The notes: generated by a model from the letters alone, not told the origin. A stretch of 64,000 nt of DNA from Longimicrobiales bacterium (GCA_035512635.1 DATKDR010000010.1:55-64054); one strand, 5' to 3'; positions 42,687 to 52,536 are shown, numbered from the stretch's first letter. Made by a program: numbers and translations.

Positions 42687-43625
42687 ATGCCTCGCATCCT
42701 GGTCGCCGAATCGCTCCGCAGGTTCCTCGAGCGTGAGCCCGGCGAGAATAGCCGCGCAGTCCAGCTCTTCGACGAGCGCGCGCCCCTTCCCGCGGGTGAG
42801 TGCGTCGCCATCCTGCCGACCGTCGTCTGTCGCGTGGACGCCGACGCGATGGACCGGCTGAGCGGCCTGCGCGTCATCGCGAACTACGGCGTCGGCTACG
42901 ACAACATCGATGTCGAAGCGGCGAGACGTCGCGGCATAGCCGTGACCAACACACCCGACGTGCTGACCGGCGCGACTGCCGAGCTGACCTGGGCGCTGAT
43001 CCTGGCGGTGGCGCGCCGGCTGGGCGAGGGAGAGCGGCTCGCGCGCTCCGGCGCGTGGTCCGGCTGGACCCCGACGCAGCTCCGCGGCATGTCACTGGAA
43101 GCGCGCACGCTGGGCGTCATCGGCGCGGGGCGCATCGGGCGAGAGGTGGCGCGGCGCGCGCCCGCGTTCGGCATGCGCATCGTCTACAGCGATCGGCTGC
43201 CGGCCGCCGAGCTCGAGCGCGACGTCCACGCGCGCCTGGTGCCGCTCGAGGAGCTGCTCGCGGTCGCGGACGTCGTCACGATCCACGTCGCGCTGACGCC
43301 GCGTACCCGGCACCTGATCGGCACCGCGGCGCTCGCGCGCATGAAGCCGGGGGCGATCCTGGTGAACACATCGCGCGGAGCGGTGGTCGACGAGGACGCG
43401 CTCACGGCCGCGCTGCGCGAGGGGCGCCTGCGCGGCGCGGGGCTCGACGTCTACGAGCGGGAGCCGCACATCCCCGAAGCGCTGCGCTCGCTCGACAATG
43501 TGGTGCTGCTGCCGCATCTCGGCAGCGCCACGGACGAGGCGCGTCAGGCGATGTGGGACGTCGCCTGGAAGAACCTCCGGCTGGCGGTGAGCGACCAACC
43601 GCTCGCGAATCCGGTCGCCTGGTGA
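42687..43625 (+). CDS. D-isomer-specific 2-hydroxyacid dehydrogenase (glyoxylate/hydroxypyruvate reductase-like)
   Basis: 312 aa. GVIGAGRIGREVARR and NTSRGAVVDE. Confidence 0.85.
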   Translation: MPRILVAESLRRFLEREPGENSRAVQLFDERAPLPAGECVAILPTVVCRVDADAMDRLSGLRVIANYGVGYDNIDVEAARRRGIAVTNTPDVLTGATAELTWALILAVARRLGEGERLARSGAWSGWTPTQLRGMSLEARTLGVIGAGRIGREVARRAPAFGMRIVYSDRLPAAELERDVHARLVPLEELLAVADVVTIHVALTPRTRHLIGTAALARMKPGAILVNTSRGAVVDEDALTAALREGRLRGAGLDVYEREPHIPEALRSLDNVVLLPHLGSATDEARQAMWDVAWKNLRLAVSDQPLANPVAW

Positions 43626-44071
43626 ATCGGATCCGGCCGCTGCGACCCGAGGATTCTCGCGATCGGGCCGAGTGGCTGCGCATGCGGCACGGCCTCTGGC
43701 CGGACGAGGATCACGCGACGGAAGCGCCGCTCGTCCTCGAGCAGCGGCACGGCCCGTACGAAGTTCTCGTGCTGCCGCGCGACGATGGCTGTCTCGCGGG
43801 CTTCATCGAGGTGGGCGAGCGCAATTACGCCGAAGGCTGCGAGACCACGCCCGTCGCCTACATCGAAGGATGGTGGGTGGACGAGGACGTGCGGCGCACG
43901 GGTGCCGGCCGAGCGCTCGTCCGCGCGGCCGAAGAGCGGGCGATCGCGCGAGGCCATCGCGAGATCGCCAGCGACGCGGTGATCGACAATCGCGTCAGTA
44001 TCCTCGCACACCGCGCACTCGGCTTCGACGAGGTCGAGCGCCAGGTCTGCTTCCGCAAGGATCTGAGATGA
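43622..44071 (+). CDS. GNAT acetyltransferase resembling AAC(6')-I aminoglycoside N-acetyltransferases
   Basis: 149 aa from GTG 43622 (GTGA overlap). LWPDE, YAEGCETTPVAYIEGWWV, REIASD and HRALGFDEVER recall AAC(6')-Iy/Ii-type proteins. Confidence 0.6.
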   Translation: MNRIRPLRPEDSRDRAEWLRMRHGLWPDEDHATEAPLVLEQRHGPYEVLVLPRDDGCLAGFIEVGERNYAEGCETTPVAYIEGWWVDEDVRRTGAGRALVRAAEERAIARGHREIASDAVIDNRVSILAHRALGFDEVERQVCFRKDLR

Positions 44072-44460
44072 GCGCGCACGATCCGGCGCGCGAGCGGACG
44101 CCGGCGGAGCTGGCGGCGATCGAGCGGCTGACCGAGCTGTGCGCGCCGTTGCCTGAGGTCACGATGGCCCGCGACGGCTTCGGTCACACCGTGTTCAAGG
44201 TGGGCGCCAGGTCCATCGTCATCCTGGGCGATGGCGGCCGCGCGGACGGCGCATTCATGTCGATCAACGTCGACCGCGAGACGCAGCGCTTCCTGATCGA
44301 GCACGCGGGCTTCCAGCGGACGCCGTACATCGGCCAGCACGGCTGGAGCTCGATCGACGTCGACGACACCGTCGACTGGAATCACATCGCCGAGCTGGTG
44401 CGCGCCGCCTATCGCCGCGTGGCACCGAAACGACTGGTGAAGCGGCTCTCGCCGGAGTAA
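44068..44460 (+). CDS. MmcQ/YjbR-family protein
   Basis: 130 aa. FGHTVFKVG and PYIGQHGWSSIDV. ATGA overlap with the upstream gene. Confidence 0.7.
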   Translation: MSAHDPARERTPAELAAIERLTELCAPLPEVTMARDGFGHTVFKVGARSIVILGDGGRADGAFMSINVDRETQRFLIEHAGFQRTPYIGQHGWSSIDVDDTVDWNHIAELVRAAYRRVAPKRLVKRLSPE

Positions 44461-44466
44461 CGCGAT

Positions 44467-44487
44467 GCCTGACGCCTGACGCCCGCT
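44467..44487. repeat. Short heptamer run GCCTGAC GCCTGAC GCCCGCT
   Basis: Lies in the 28-nt gap between convergent genes. It is the complement of the unit at 3139-3166. Confidence 0.5.
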
Positions 44488-44488
44488 T

Positions 44489-45091
44489 CTAGTCGAACTG
44501 CACCTGCGGCGCGGCCTCCGTTCCTTCCGGCGCGTCGAAGGTGTCGCGTCGCTCCGCCCCGATCACCTTCGCCGTGAGCAGCTGCGGGAACTGGCGGATG
44601 TAGGTGTTGTAGACCGCGACCGATTCGTTGTAGTCGCGACGCGCCACGTTGATGCGGTTCTCGGTCTCGGCCAGCTCGTCCTGAAGGCGCTGGAAGTTCT
44701 GCGTCGCGTTGAGCTGCGGGTACGCCTCGACGGCGACGTTGAGGAACAGGCGCAGGTTCTCGCCGACCGCGGCCGCCGCCTGCGACAGCTCTGCGGGCGG
44801 AGCGTCGCCCTCGACCGCGGCGGCGAGCTGCTCGCGCGACTGGTTGAGCCCGGCGCGCGCCTGGGCCACGTGGGTGAAGGTCTCCTGCTCGAACTCGGCC
44901 GCTTCGTCGACGGTTGCCACCAGGTTCGGGATCAGATCGTTCCGTCGCAGCAGCTCCGATTCGATGTTGCCCTCGGTCTGGTTCACGTTCTCCTCCAGCT
45001 CCTGGATGCGGTTGTAGCCGCAGCTCGAAAGCAGGGCGATCAGCGGCAGCAGGAGCAGCGGGCGCGTCGTCTTTGCGTTCATCGATGTCAT
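44489..45091 (-). CDS. LemA-family protein
   Basis: 200 aa from ATG 45091. N-terminal anchor/lipobox LLSSCGYN, RRNDLIPNLV and YNTYIRQFP. ATGA overlap with the upstream gene. Confidence 0.85.
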   Translation of the reverse strand: MTSMNAKTTRPLLLLPLIALLSSCGYNRIQELEENVNQTEGNIESELLRRNDLIPNLVATVDEAAEFEQETFTHVAQARAGLNQSREQLAAAVEGDAPPAELSQAAAAVGENLRLFLNVAVEAYPQLNATQNFQRLQDELAETENRINVARRDYNESVAVYNTYIRQFPQLLTAKVIGAERRDTFDAPEGTEAAPQVQFD

Positions 45092-45819
45092 GGCAGAGTG
45101 TCCACGTGGTCGGCCATGCGCTCGGCGAGGCCGTAGTAGTCGGCGACGATCGGGTCGTCGATCTTCGCTTCCAGCTTCCTGCCGGCCCAGCGCGCTTCCC
45201 ATACGGCCGCGAAGGGCGCGGGGTCGGCGACGATCACTTCGGCGGTCGCCAGGATCACCGATGGCGTGTCGCGGGGCACGTCGCGACCGGCGAGGCGCAG
45301 CGTCGCGCGCATGTAGGCGGTAAACGACGGCAGTGCCGCGCTGAGCAGCCAGCCCAGCTCGGCCGGCGACTCCGCGGCCAGCAGCGTGCCTTCACGGAGC
45401 TGGAGCAGCTTCCCACGCAGCTCCCGCTCGGTCTGGAGGCGCAGCTCGTGTCGCTTCGGCTCCAGGGCGGCGACCGGATCCGTGCCGAACAGCAGCTCGT
45501 GCGCTTCCTTCATGTCCGCGACCTCGATGGCGAACACGTCCGCCGCGCGCTTCCACTCGCGCTCGGTCAGGATGAGCGGCGGGCCGCCCGCGCTCTCCAG
45601 CCACTCGCGCGCGAGCGGCGCGAGCGCTCGCAGCTGGTCCGGCCGGGCCTCGTCGAGCAGCACCAGCACGTTCACGTCGCTGACGCCCGCGATCGCCTCC
45701 TCGCGTGCGACCGAGCCGTGCAGCACGACCGAGCGCAGGTTCGTCCCCGCCCGCTCGCGCAAGCCAGCCGTCAGTCGCTGCGCGGAATCGCGCGGGTTCG
45801 TATTCAGCATGCCTCCCAT
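45088..45819 (-). CDS. Nucleotidyltransferase (Pol-beta superfamily)-domain protein
   Basis: 243 aa. LHGSVAREEAIAGVSDVNVLVLL (GS...D.D/N signature) plus a helical C-terminal domain. GGGGGAGG SD. Confidence 0.65.
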   Translation of the reverse strand: MGGMLNTNPRDSAQRLTAGLRERAGTNLRSVVLHGSVAREEAIAGVSDVNVLVLLDEARPDQLRALAPLAREWLESAGGPPLILTEREWKRAADVFAIEVADMKEAHELLFGTDPVAALEPKRHELRLQTERELRGKLLQLREGTLLAAESPAELGWLLSAALPSFTAYMRATLRLAGRDVPRDTPSVILATAEVIVADPAPFAAVWEARWAGRKLEAKIDDPIVADYYGLAERMADHVDTLP

Positions 45820-45835
45820 CTGGGCCTCCCCCTTT

Positions 45836-45880
45836 TACCGTTTCCGGATTCCGGATTCCGGATTGCGGATAGCGGATCCG
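45836..45880. repeat. Heptamer array TACCGTT TCCGGAT x3 TGCGGAT AGCGGAT
   Basis: Exact TCCGGAT units at 45843-49, 45850-56 and 45857-63. It fills the gap from the TPM stop (45881) to the SD of the next gene. Confidence 0.85.
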
Positions 45881-46726
45881 TCACCAGCTCCCGCCGGCGC
45901 CGCCGCCACTGAAGCCGCCGCCGCCACCAAAACCACCGAACCCGCCGCCGCCTCCGAAACCGCCGAAGCCACCGCGTCGCCCTCCACCGAGCGGGAAGGG
46001 GATCGGCAGGATGAGCGGCATGCCGCGTCGGCGCCCGCGGCGGAAACCCCGTCCGCCGCCGCCGCCCCGGAAGATGCGCGAGATCCCGAGGAACAGCAGG
46101 ATCAGCAGGATGATGGTAAACAGGGACGGTCCACCACCGCCGCCGACCGGGCCGCGGTCGTCGCGTGGGTAGTCGCCGGTCAGCTCGAAATCGAAGTGCT
46201 CGGCATACATCTCCGCGAGCGCTACCACCCCGACCAGGATACCGCCGCCGTAGTCCCCCTCGCGGAATGCGGGAATCATCACGCGATCCCGGATCCGTCC
46301 CGCCTCGGTCGCCGTGATGAACGTGTTGGTGCGGTCTCCGAGCTCGAGCTTGACGTGCCCCTGTCCGTCGGCGCTCGTCTCCTTCGGCACCACCAGCACC
46401 ACGGCGCCCGTGTTGCGCGCCTGGTCCCCCGCCTCGCCCGCGGGACCGATGCGCCACTGCCGTCCGATCTCCAGCGCGACTTCGTCGCGGCTCCGTCCGC
46501 CCGGTAGCGTCGAAAGCGTCACGACCACGATCTCGCCGCCGCTCTTTGCGCGCACCTCGTCCACGACGTTCCGGATCGATGCCTCGACGTTTTCCGGAAT
46601 CACGTCGGCGAAGTCGTTCACGTAGCCGACCGGCTCGGGCAGCTCCACGCGCTGCGCGGCGGCCGGCTCAGCCATCCCGGCGGCTCCGCCTGCCAGGGCG
46701 AGGACGGAAAGTCGAAGACGATTCAT
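45881..46726 (-). CDS. TPM-domain (YgcG-like) protein with Gly-rich C-terminal tail
   Basis: 281 aa. Signal peptide, YVNDFADV, one TM helix, then a GGFGGFGGGGGF tail. Confidence 0.85.
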   Translation of the reverse strand: MNRLRLSVLALAGGAAGMAEPAAAQRVELPEPVGYVNDFADVIPENVEASIRNVVDEVRAKSGGEIVVVTLSTLPGGRSRDEVALEIGRQWRIGPAGEAGDQARNTGAVVLVVPKETSADGQGHVKLELGDRTNTFITATEAGRIRDRVMIPAFREGDYGGGILVGVVALAEMYAEHFDFELTGDYPRDDRGPVGGGGGPSLFTIILLILLFLGISRIFRGGGGGRGFRRGRRRGMPLILPIPFPLGGGRRGGFGGFGGGGGFGGFGGGGGFSGGGAGGSW

Positions 46727-46884
46727 CGAGGCGGCAAGCTAGGCAATCGGCGTGCGCGACCCAAATTCATTGCGCGGCGTTTGGCGGGACGCGGGCGGCT
46801 CGCGTGGCCGGCGTCCTGCGTCACCGCATGCGGAGGAGCCGCGAGGAGAGTCGCGCTGGAGCTGGACCGATACGGGAGGAAGCC

Positions 46885-47268
46885 ATGAGGAAGCTGGCCA
46901 TCGTCATGGGCGCGCTGGCGCTCGGCGCGTGCGCGTCGTCCGGCGGGCCGGAAGCCGCGCAGCCGGACGTCGTGTGCACGCTGGAGGCGCGCTCCAGCGT
47001 CGCGGTCACCGTGCTGGACGCCGTAACCGGCGAGAATCTCGCACCCGAAGCGACGGTGCGAGTGACGGATGGCACGTTCGCGGAAAACCTTGTGGCGACG
47101 CCCGGGACCGGCGTCTACAGCGGCGTCGTCTACGAGCGCGAGGGGACGTACACCATCGTCGTGTCGCGTCCGGAATACGATCAGTGGCAGCGGGCGGGTG
47201 TCGTGGTGGAACGGGACGAGTGTCACGTGATCACGGAGGAAGTGACGGCGCGCCTCACGCCGCGTTAG
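46885..47268 (+). CDS. Small lipoprotein, carboxypeptidase-regulatory-like domain
   Basis: 127 aa. GGGAGGA SD. Lipobox LGAC. Similar in size and style to the 42285 product. Confidence 0.55.
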   Translation: MRKLAIVMGALALGACASSGGPEAAQPDVVCTLEARSSVAVTVLDAVTGENLAPEATVRVTDGTFAENLVATPGTGVYSGVVYEREGTYTIVVSRPEYDQWQRAGVVVERDECHVITEEVTARLTPR

Positions 47269-47311
47269 TGTGACCACGCGAAACATTGACGGTAGCTGCT
47301 CGTCGTATAGC

Positions 47312-47354
47312 GGAAACCGGAAACCCGGATACTGGATACTGGATACTGGATACT
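47312..47354. repeat. Heptamer array GGAAACC x2 (plus C), then GGATACT x4
   Basis: GGATACT units at 47327-33, 34-40, 41-47 and 48-54. The array ends 8 nt before ATG 47363. Confidence 0.9.
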
Positions 47355-47362
47355 GAATTCCA

Positions 47363-47989
47363 ATGAACTCGCCGACGATCGACGCCCTGACGGTGCGGCC
47401 CCCACGAACGAGGGAAGAGATCCTGCTCGAGCTGGCGCGTCTCGCGGCGGAGGTGGAGCGCGTGGCGGGGCGGTTCGATACCGCGACCTTCTTCGCGCCC
47501 CAGATGGAGGACGGCACCCTCCGCTGGTCGCCCGCCGAGCAGGTCCGTCACCTCACCAAGTCGACGTATCCGCTGGCCCGCGCGTATGGGCTGCCGCGCT
47601 TCCTGCTCCTGCTGCGTTTCGGCCTGAGCCTGCGACCTTCGGCGGGCTACGTGGAGCTCGACGCGCGCTACACCCGTCTGCTCGAAAGCCGACCGGACTC
47701 GGGACGCTACGCGCCGCGGCCCGAGCAGAGGCGCGACGATGAGCGTCGGGCGGAGATCATGGCCCACTGGCGCGACGCGATCTCGCGCCTCTCGCAGGCG
47801 GCCGGCACGTGGTCGGAGCGCGCGCTCGACCGGTTCCGACTGCCGCACCCGCTGCTGGGTCACCTCACGACGCGCGAGATGCTCTTCTTCACGGTGTTCC
47901 ACACGTCGCATCACGGCCGGCAGATGGCGCGGCGGGCAGCCGCGCAGGATGCCGCGCCGCTCAGCCCTCCTCGGCCGGCTTCCCCATGA
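47363..47989 (+). CDS. DinB-superfamily (DinB_2-like) protein
   Basis: 208 aa, four-helix pattern with FHTSHHGRQ. The 3' end overlaps the convergent nhaC-like gene by 29 nt. Confidence 0.7.
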   Translation: MNSPTIDALTVRPPRTREEILLELARLAAEVERVAGRFDTATFFAPQMEDGTLRWSPAEQVRHLTKSTYPLARAYGLPRFLLLLRFGLSLRPSAGYVELDARYTRLLESRPDSGRYAPRPEQRRDDERRAEIMAHWRDAISRLSQAAGTWSERALDRFRLPHPLLGHLTTREMLFFTVFHTSHHGRQMARRAAAQDAAPLSPPRPASP

Positions 47990-49589
47990 CGCGCGCGATA
48001 GCGATCAGCAGCAGCACGCCGACCACCAGCGAGATCGCGGGATGCAGCCCGAACGCGGTCGGGATGTCGCCGATGAGGAGCGCGACGGTCACCACGGTCA
48101 GCGCGTAGGGAAGCTGTGTGCGCACGTGATCGATGTGGTCGCACGCGGAAGCGAGCGAGCTCATCACCGTCGTGTCGGAGATCGGCGAGCAGTGGTCGCC
48201 GAAGATCGAGCCGGCCATCACAGAGCTGATCACGCCGAGCAGGATCGTGTAGTGTTCGCCCGTGTCGAAATTGACGCCGGCGCCCATCGCCACGGCGAGC
48301 GGCACGACCACCGGGAACAGGATGGCCATCGTGCCCCATGACGTACCGGTCGCGAAGGAGATCGCGGCGGCAACGACGACGACGATCGCGGGCAGGAGCT
48401 GAATCGGGATCGATTCCTGGATCAGGCTGGACAGGTAGGGGCCGGTGCCGAGCGCTTCCGTGACGCCGCCGAGGCTCCAGGCGAGCGTGAGGATGATGAG
48501 CGCGAGCATCATCGAGCGCATGCCGTCGACGAACGCCTCCATGGCCGGCTGGATCTTCAGGATGCGCTGTCCGACGGCGAGGCCGATGGCGAGCATCGCG
48601 CCCGCGAGGGAGCCCCAGAGCAGCCCCTTGAAGGCGTTGCCGGCGCCGACGACGCTCCACACGCCGGTGCTCGGCGTCCCGGCTTCGGCGAGCGACGCCC
48701 GCCCCGTGAGCCAGATGCCGCCCAGCGCGACGCCGACCACCATGAGCACGGGCAGTGCGGCGTTGTACCAGCGGTCGTGGTCGGTATCCTCCGCGTCTGC
48801 CAGCTCGTGACGCACGTCCATCGGCAGCACCGCTCCGGGCCGGCTCACGCCGCCGCCCGAGCGCGCGCGCACTTCCGCCGCGTGCATCGGCCCGAAGTCG
48901 CGCTTCATCCAGATCACGATCGCGACGAACAGCAGCGCGAAGATCGGATAGAAGAGGTAGGGAATCGAATGCAGGAAGATGGTGAAGGGCATCTCTGACG
49001 CGGCCAGCAGGTCGGCACGCTGGAGTGGATCCGCGACCTGCGAGGCGGCGCTCTCGAGCGCGTCGCCGATCAGGGAGATCTCGAAACCGACCCAGGTCGA
49101 GATGACGGCGATCGCCGCCATCGGTGCCGCGGTCGAATCGACGATGTAGGACAGCTTTTCCCGCGACACGCTCAGCCCGTCGGTGACCGGCCGCATCGTG
49201 TTGCCGACAATGAGCGTGTTCGTGTAATCGTCGAAGAAGATGGCGATGCCGCCGGCCCAGGTCAGCAGCTGGGCCCGGCGCGGTGACGTCGCGAACGGCC
49301 GCATCGCCTCCACGATCCCGCGCGTGCCGCCGGACCGGCCGATCACCCCCACCATGCCGCCCAGCAGCAGCGTGAAGATCATGATCGATGCGTGGTCCGG
49401 ATCGGCGACGGCCTCGAGCGCGAAGCGATCGATCGTGATCGCCAGACCCGACAGCGGATTGCCGCCCGCCACGATGATCGCGCCCAGCAGCACGCCGAGG
49501 AACAGCGAAACCACCACTTCGCGGAAGATCAGCGCGAGCCCGATCGCCACCAGCGGCGGCAGCAGGCTGAGCCAGCCCGGTTCTATCAT
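47961..49589 (-). CDS. Na+/H+ antiporter NhaC-family transporter
   Basis: 542 aa from ATG 49589, multi-pass. IFFDDYTNTLIVGNTMRP. The longer ORF-track N-extension is not hydrophobic. Confidence 0.8.
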   Translation of the reverse strand: MIEPGWLSLLPPLVAIGLALIFREVVVSLFLGVLLGAIIVAGGNPLSGLAITIDRFALEAVADPDHASIMIFTLLLGGMVGVIGRSGGTRGIVEAMRPFATSPRRAQLLTWAGGIAIFFDDYTNTLIVGNTMRPVTDGLSVSREKLSYIVDSTAAPMAAIAVISTWVGFEISLIGDALESAASQVADPLQRADLLAASEMPFTIFLHSIPYLFYPIFALLFVAIVIWMKRDFGPMHAAEVRARSGGGVSRPGAVLPMDVRHELADAEDTDHDRWYNAALPVLMVVGVALGGIWLTGRASLAEAGTPSTGVWSVVGAGNAFKGLLWGSLAGAMLAIGLAVGQRILKIQPAMEAFVDGMRSMMLALIILTLAWSLGGVTEALGTGPYLSSLIQESIPIQLLPAIVVVVAAAISFATGTSWGTMAILFPVVVPLAVAMGAGVNFDTGEHYTILLGVISSVMAGSIFGDHCSPISDTTVMSSLASACDHIDHVRTQLPYALTVVTVALLIGDIPTAFGLHPAISLVVGVLLLIAIARVMGKPAEEG

Positions 49590-49688
49590 CTGTCGTTTTC
49601 CTGGGGGTCTACGACGGCGAAGGACGGGAAGGTCGGATGAGCCGGGGCTGCGCGCAATTCCGCCAGCGTCGCACACACCTCCCGGCGT

Positions 49689-49717
49689 TTGACGCGTCCC
49701 GGACCGGCCGGTACAAT
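49689..49717 (+). promoter_or_regulatory. Near-consensus promoter TTGACG-N17-TACAAT upstream of pyrR
   Basis: -35 at 49689-49694 and -10 at 49712-49717, with ATG 49729 only 11 nt downstream. Confidence 0.6.
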
Positions 49718-49728
49718 CCCCTCCCGCA

Positions 49729-50289
49729 ATGGCAAGGACTTCCCCCACCCGATTGATGGATACGCGCGCCGTCGAGCGTGCGCTCGAGCGCATGGCCCGC
49801 GAGGTGGTCGAGCTGAACGGCGGCGGCGTCACCGGCCTCTGCCTGATCGGCATCCAGCGCCGTGGCGTCGAGCTGGCGCATCGCCTCGCCGACGCCATCG
49901 ACCAGGCCGAGGGCGCCCGCCCGGAAACCGGATCCCTCGACATCACGCTCTACCGCGACGACCTGATGGCGATCGGTCCTCGCCCGGTCGTGGGCGAGAC
50001 GCGGCTGCCGCCGACGGGCATCGACGGCCGCATCGTCGTCGTCGTCGACGACGTCTGCTACTCGGGGCGGACGGCGCGCGCCGCGCTCGACGAGCTGGCG
50101 GACTTCGGGCGTCCGGCGCGCATCGTCCTCTGCGTGCTGATCGACCGCGGCGGGCGGGAGCTGCCCATCCAGCCGGACGTCGTGGGACGGCGCATCGAAG
50201 CGGCCGCTGACGAGCGCATCGACGTGCACGTTCCCGAGCTCGACGGCGAGCTCGCCGTGGAGCGCAGCGCGGTCACCGCCGAGCCATGA
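49729..50289 (+). CDS. pyrR: Bifunctional pyrimidine operon regulator/uracil phosphoribosyltransferase PyrR
   Basis: 186 aa. DITLYRDDL and [18 protein letters not shown]. Confidence 0.9.
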   Translation: MARTSPTRLMDTRAVERALERMAREVVELNGGGVTGLCLIGIQRRGVELAHRLADAIDQAEGARPETGSLDITLYRDDLMAIGPRPVVGETRLPPTGIDGRIVVVVDDVCYSGRTARAALDELADFGRPARIVLCVLIDRGGRELPIQPDVVGRRIEAAADERIDVHVPELDGELAVERSAVTAEP

Positions 50290-51257
50290 CGGCCCCGCGC
50301 CTCGCCCTCGGCAAGGACCTGGTCGGGCTCGAGACGCTCGACGCCGCGCAGATCCGCTCGATTCTCGACACCGCCGAGCCGTTCAAGGAGATCAGCGAGC
50401 GCGCCATCAAGAAGGTGCCCGTGCTGCGCGGCAAGACGATAGTCAACCTGTTCTTCGAGGCGTCGACCCGCACGCGCATCTCCTTCGAGTTCGCCGAGAA
50501 GCGACTGTCAGCGGATACCGTCAATATTCAGTCGACGGGATCCAGCGTTTCGAAGGGAGAGACGCTGGTGGACACGGCTCGCAATCTGGAGGCGATGCGC
50601 ATCGACATGGTCGTCATCCGGCACGGCTCTTCGGGTGCCGCGAGCTTCCTCGCCGAACGCATCCCCTCGAACGTGATCAATGCGGGCGACGGGCGGCACG
50701 AGCATCCGACCCAGGCGCTGCTCGACATGCTCACGATCCGCGACGCTCTCGGCAGGCTCGAGGGCGTGAAGGTGTGCATCGTGGGTGACGTGCTCCACTC
50801 CCGTGTCGCCCGCTCGAACATCTGGGGGCTGACGAAGATGGGCGCCGAGGTCGCGGTCTGCGGACCGCGCACGCTCATGCCGGCCGGCATCGAGGATATG
50901 GGCGTGCGCGTGTTTCCGCGCGTCGAGGAAGCCATCGAATGGGCCGACGTGCTGAACGTGCTGCGCCTCCAGCTCGAGCGCATGCAGGGCGGCTACGTGC
51001 CGACGCTGCGCGAGTACAACCGGGTCTTCGGCATATCGAACGAGCGCCTCATCGCGGCCGGGCGAAATCTGCTCGTGCTGCACCCCGGGCCGATGAACCG
51101 CGGCGTCGAGATCGACAGCGACGTGGCCGATGGAGAGCACTCGGTGATCCTGAAGCAGGTGACGAACGGAGTCGCCGTCCGCATGGCCGTGCTCTACCTG
51201 CTCGCGGGCGGCGAGCCGGAAAAAGCCGAAGCCGCCAAGGGTGGCGCGCATGCGTAG
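50286..51257 (+). CDS. pyrB: Aspartate carbamoyltransferase catalytic subunit
   Basis: 323 aa. [22 protein letters not shown] and [13 protein letters not shown] overlap with pyrR. Confidence 0.95.
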   Translation: MTAPRLALGKDLVGLETLDAAQIRSILDTAEPFKEISERAIKKVPVLRGKTIVNLFFEASTRTRISFEFAEKRLSADTVNIQSTGSSVSKGETLVDTARNLEAMRIDMVVIRHGSSGAASFLAERIPSNVINAGDGRHEHPTQALLDMLTIRDALGRLEGVKVCIVGDVLHSRVARSNIWGLTKMGAEVAVCGPRTLMPAGIEDMGVRVFPRVEEAIEWADVLNVLRLQLERMQGGYVPTLREYNRVFGISNERLIAAGRNLLVLHPGPMNRGVEIDSDVADGEHSVILKQVTNGVAVRMAVLYLLAGGEPEKAEAAKGGAHA

Positions 51258-52536
51258 CCTCCTGATCCGCGGCGGCCGCGTCATCGACCCGGCATCGAAT
51301 CTCGATGCCGTGGCCGATGTGCTGCTGAGCGACGGGCGCGTCGAGGCGGTGGGCGACGGGTTCGGAACGCCTGACGACGCCGACGTCGTCGACGCCGGGG
51401 GCCTCGTCGTCTGCCCCGGTCTGGTCGACGTGCACGTCCATCTGCGGGAGCCGGGCGGCGAGCACAAGGAGACGATCGCGAGCGGCACTCTGGCCGCCGT
51501 CGCGGGCGGATTCACGACGGTTTGCGCGATGCCGAACACCGATCCGCCGATCGACGATCCCGCTGCCGTGGGCTTCGTGCGCGCCGAGGGGCTGCGCGCC
51601 GCACGCGCGCGCGTGCATCCGGTGGGCGCCATCTCGGTCGGCCTCGGAGGCGAGCGCCTCACCGAGTTCGGCGAGATGGTCGACGCGGGCGCGGTCGCGG
51701 TCACCGACGACGGCCGCCCGGTCTCGGACGCGGGGCTCATGCGCCTCGCCCTCGAGTACGCGCGCACGTTCGACATTCCGGTCGCGGCTCACTGCGAGGT
51801 GCTCGCGCTGTCGCGGCAGGGGGCCATGAACGAGGGCATCGTCTCGACCCGGCTCGGGCTGACCGGCATTCCGAACGCCGCCGAGGACGTGATGATTGCG
51901 CGCGACCTGCTGCTCGCCGAGCTGACCGGCGGGCGGCTGCACATCCAGCACGTATCGACGCGCAACGGCGTCGAGATGATCCGGCGCGCGAAGGATGCGG
52001 GTATCCGCGTGACCGCCGAGGCCACGCCGCACCACCTCACGCTCACCGAGGACGCAGTGGATCGTTACCGCACGGACGCGAAGATGAATCCGCCGCTGCG
52101 CGCCGCAGAGGACCGGGATGCGGTACGGCAGGGGCTCGCCGACGGTACCCTCGACTGCATCGCGACCGATCACGCACCGCACCACTACGACGAGAAGGAG
52201 CAGGCGTTCGACGACGCTCCCTTCGGCATCGTCGGGCTCGAGACGGCGCTCGGCCTCATCCTCACGCACGTGGTGGACGCGGGCATCCTGTCGTTGCCGC
52301 GGGCGCTCGAGCGCCTGACGATCGGACCCGCGCGCGCCTTGGGTCTCGACGCCGGCACACTGCGGCGCGGCGCGCCCGCCGACGTCACGGTCTTCGATCC
52401 GTCGGCCGAGTGGTCCGTGGAGCCGAAGCGGTTTCGCTCGCGCAGCCGCAACACGCCGTTCGCCGGCTGGCCGCTGCGGGGCCGCGCGCGCATCACGATC
52501 GTGGGCGGTGCCGCCGTCTGGGACGAGCGCGCATGA
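51250..52536 (+). CDS. pyrC: Dihydroorotase
   Basis: [10 protein letters not shown] and DHAPH. ATG 51250 overlaps the pyrB stop by 8 nt; the ORF-track start at 51241 is a GTG. Confidence 0.9.
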   Translation: MRSLLIRGGRVIDPASNLDAVADVLLSDGRVEAVGDGFGTPDDADVVDAGGLVVCPGLVDVHVHLREPGGEHKETIASGTLAAVAGGFTTVCAMPNTDPPIDDPAAVGFVRAEGLRAARARVHPVGAISVGLGGERLTEFGEMVDAGAVAVTDDGRPVSDAGLMRLALEYARTFDIPVAAHCEVLALSRQGAMNEGIVSTRLGLTGIPNAAEDVMIARDLLLAELTGGRLHIQHVSTRNGVEMIRRAKDAGIRVTAEATPHHLTLTEDAVDRYRTDAKMNPPLRAAEDRDAVRQGLADGTLDCIATDHAPHHYDEKEQAFDDAPFGIVGLETALGLILTHVVDAGILSLPRALERLTIGPARALGLDAGTLRRGAPADVTVFDPSAEWSVEPKRFRSRSRNTPFAGWPLRGRARITIVGGAAVWDERA

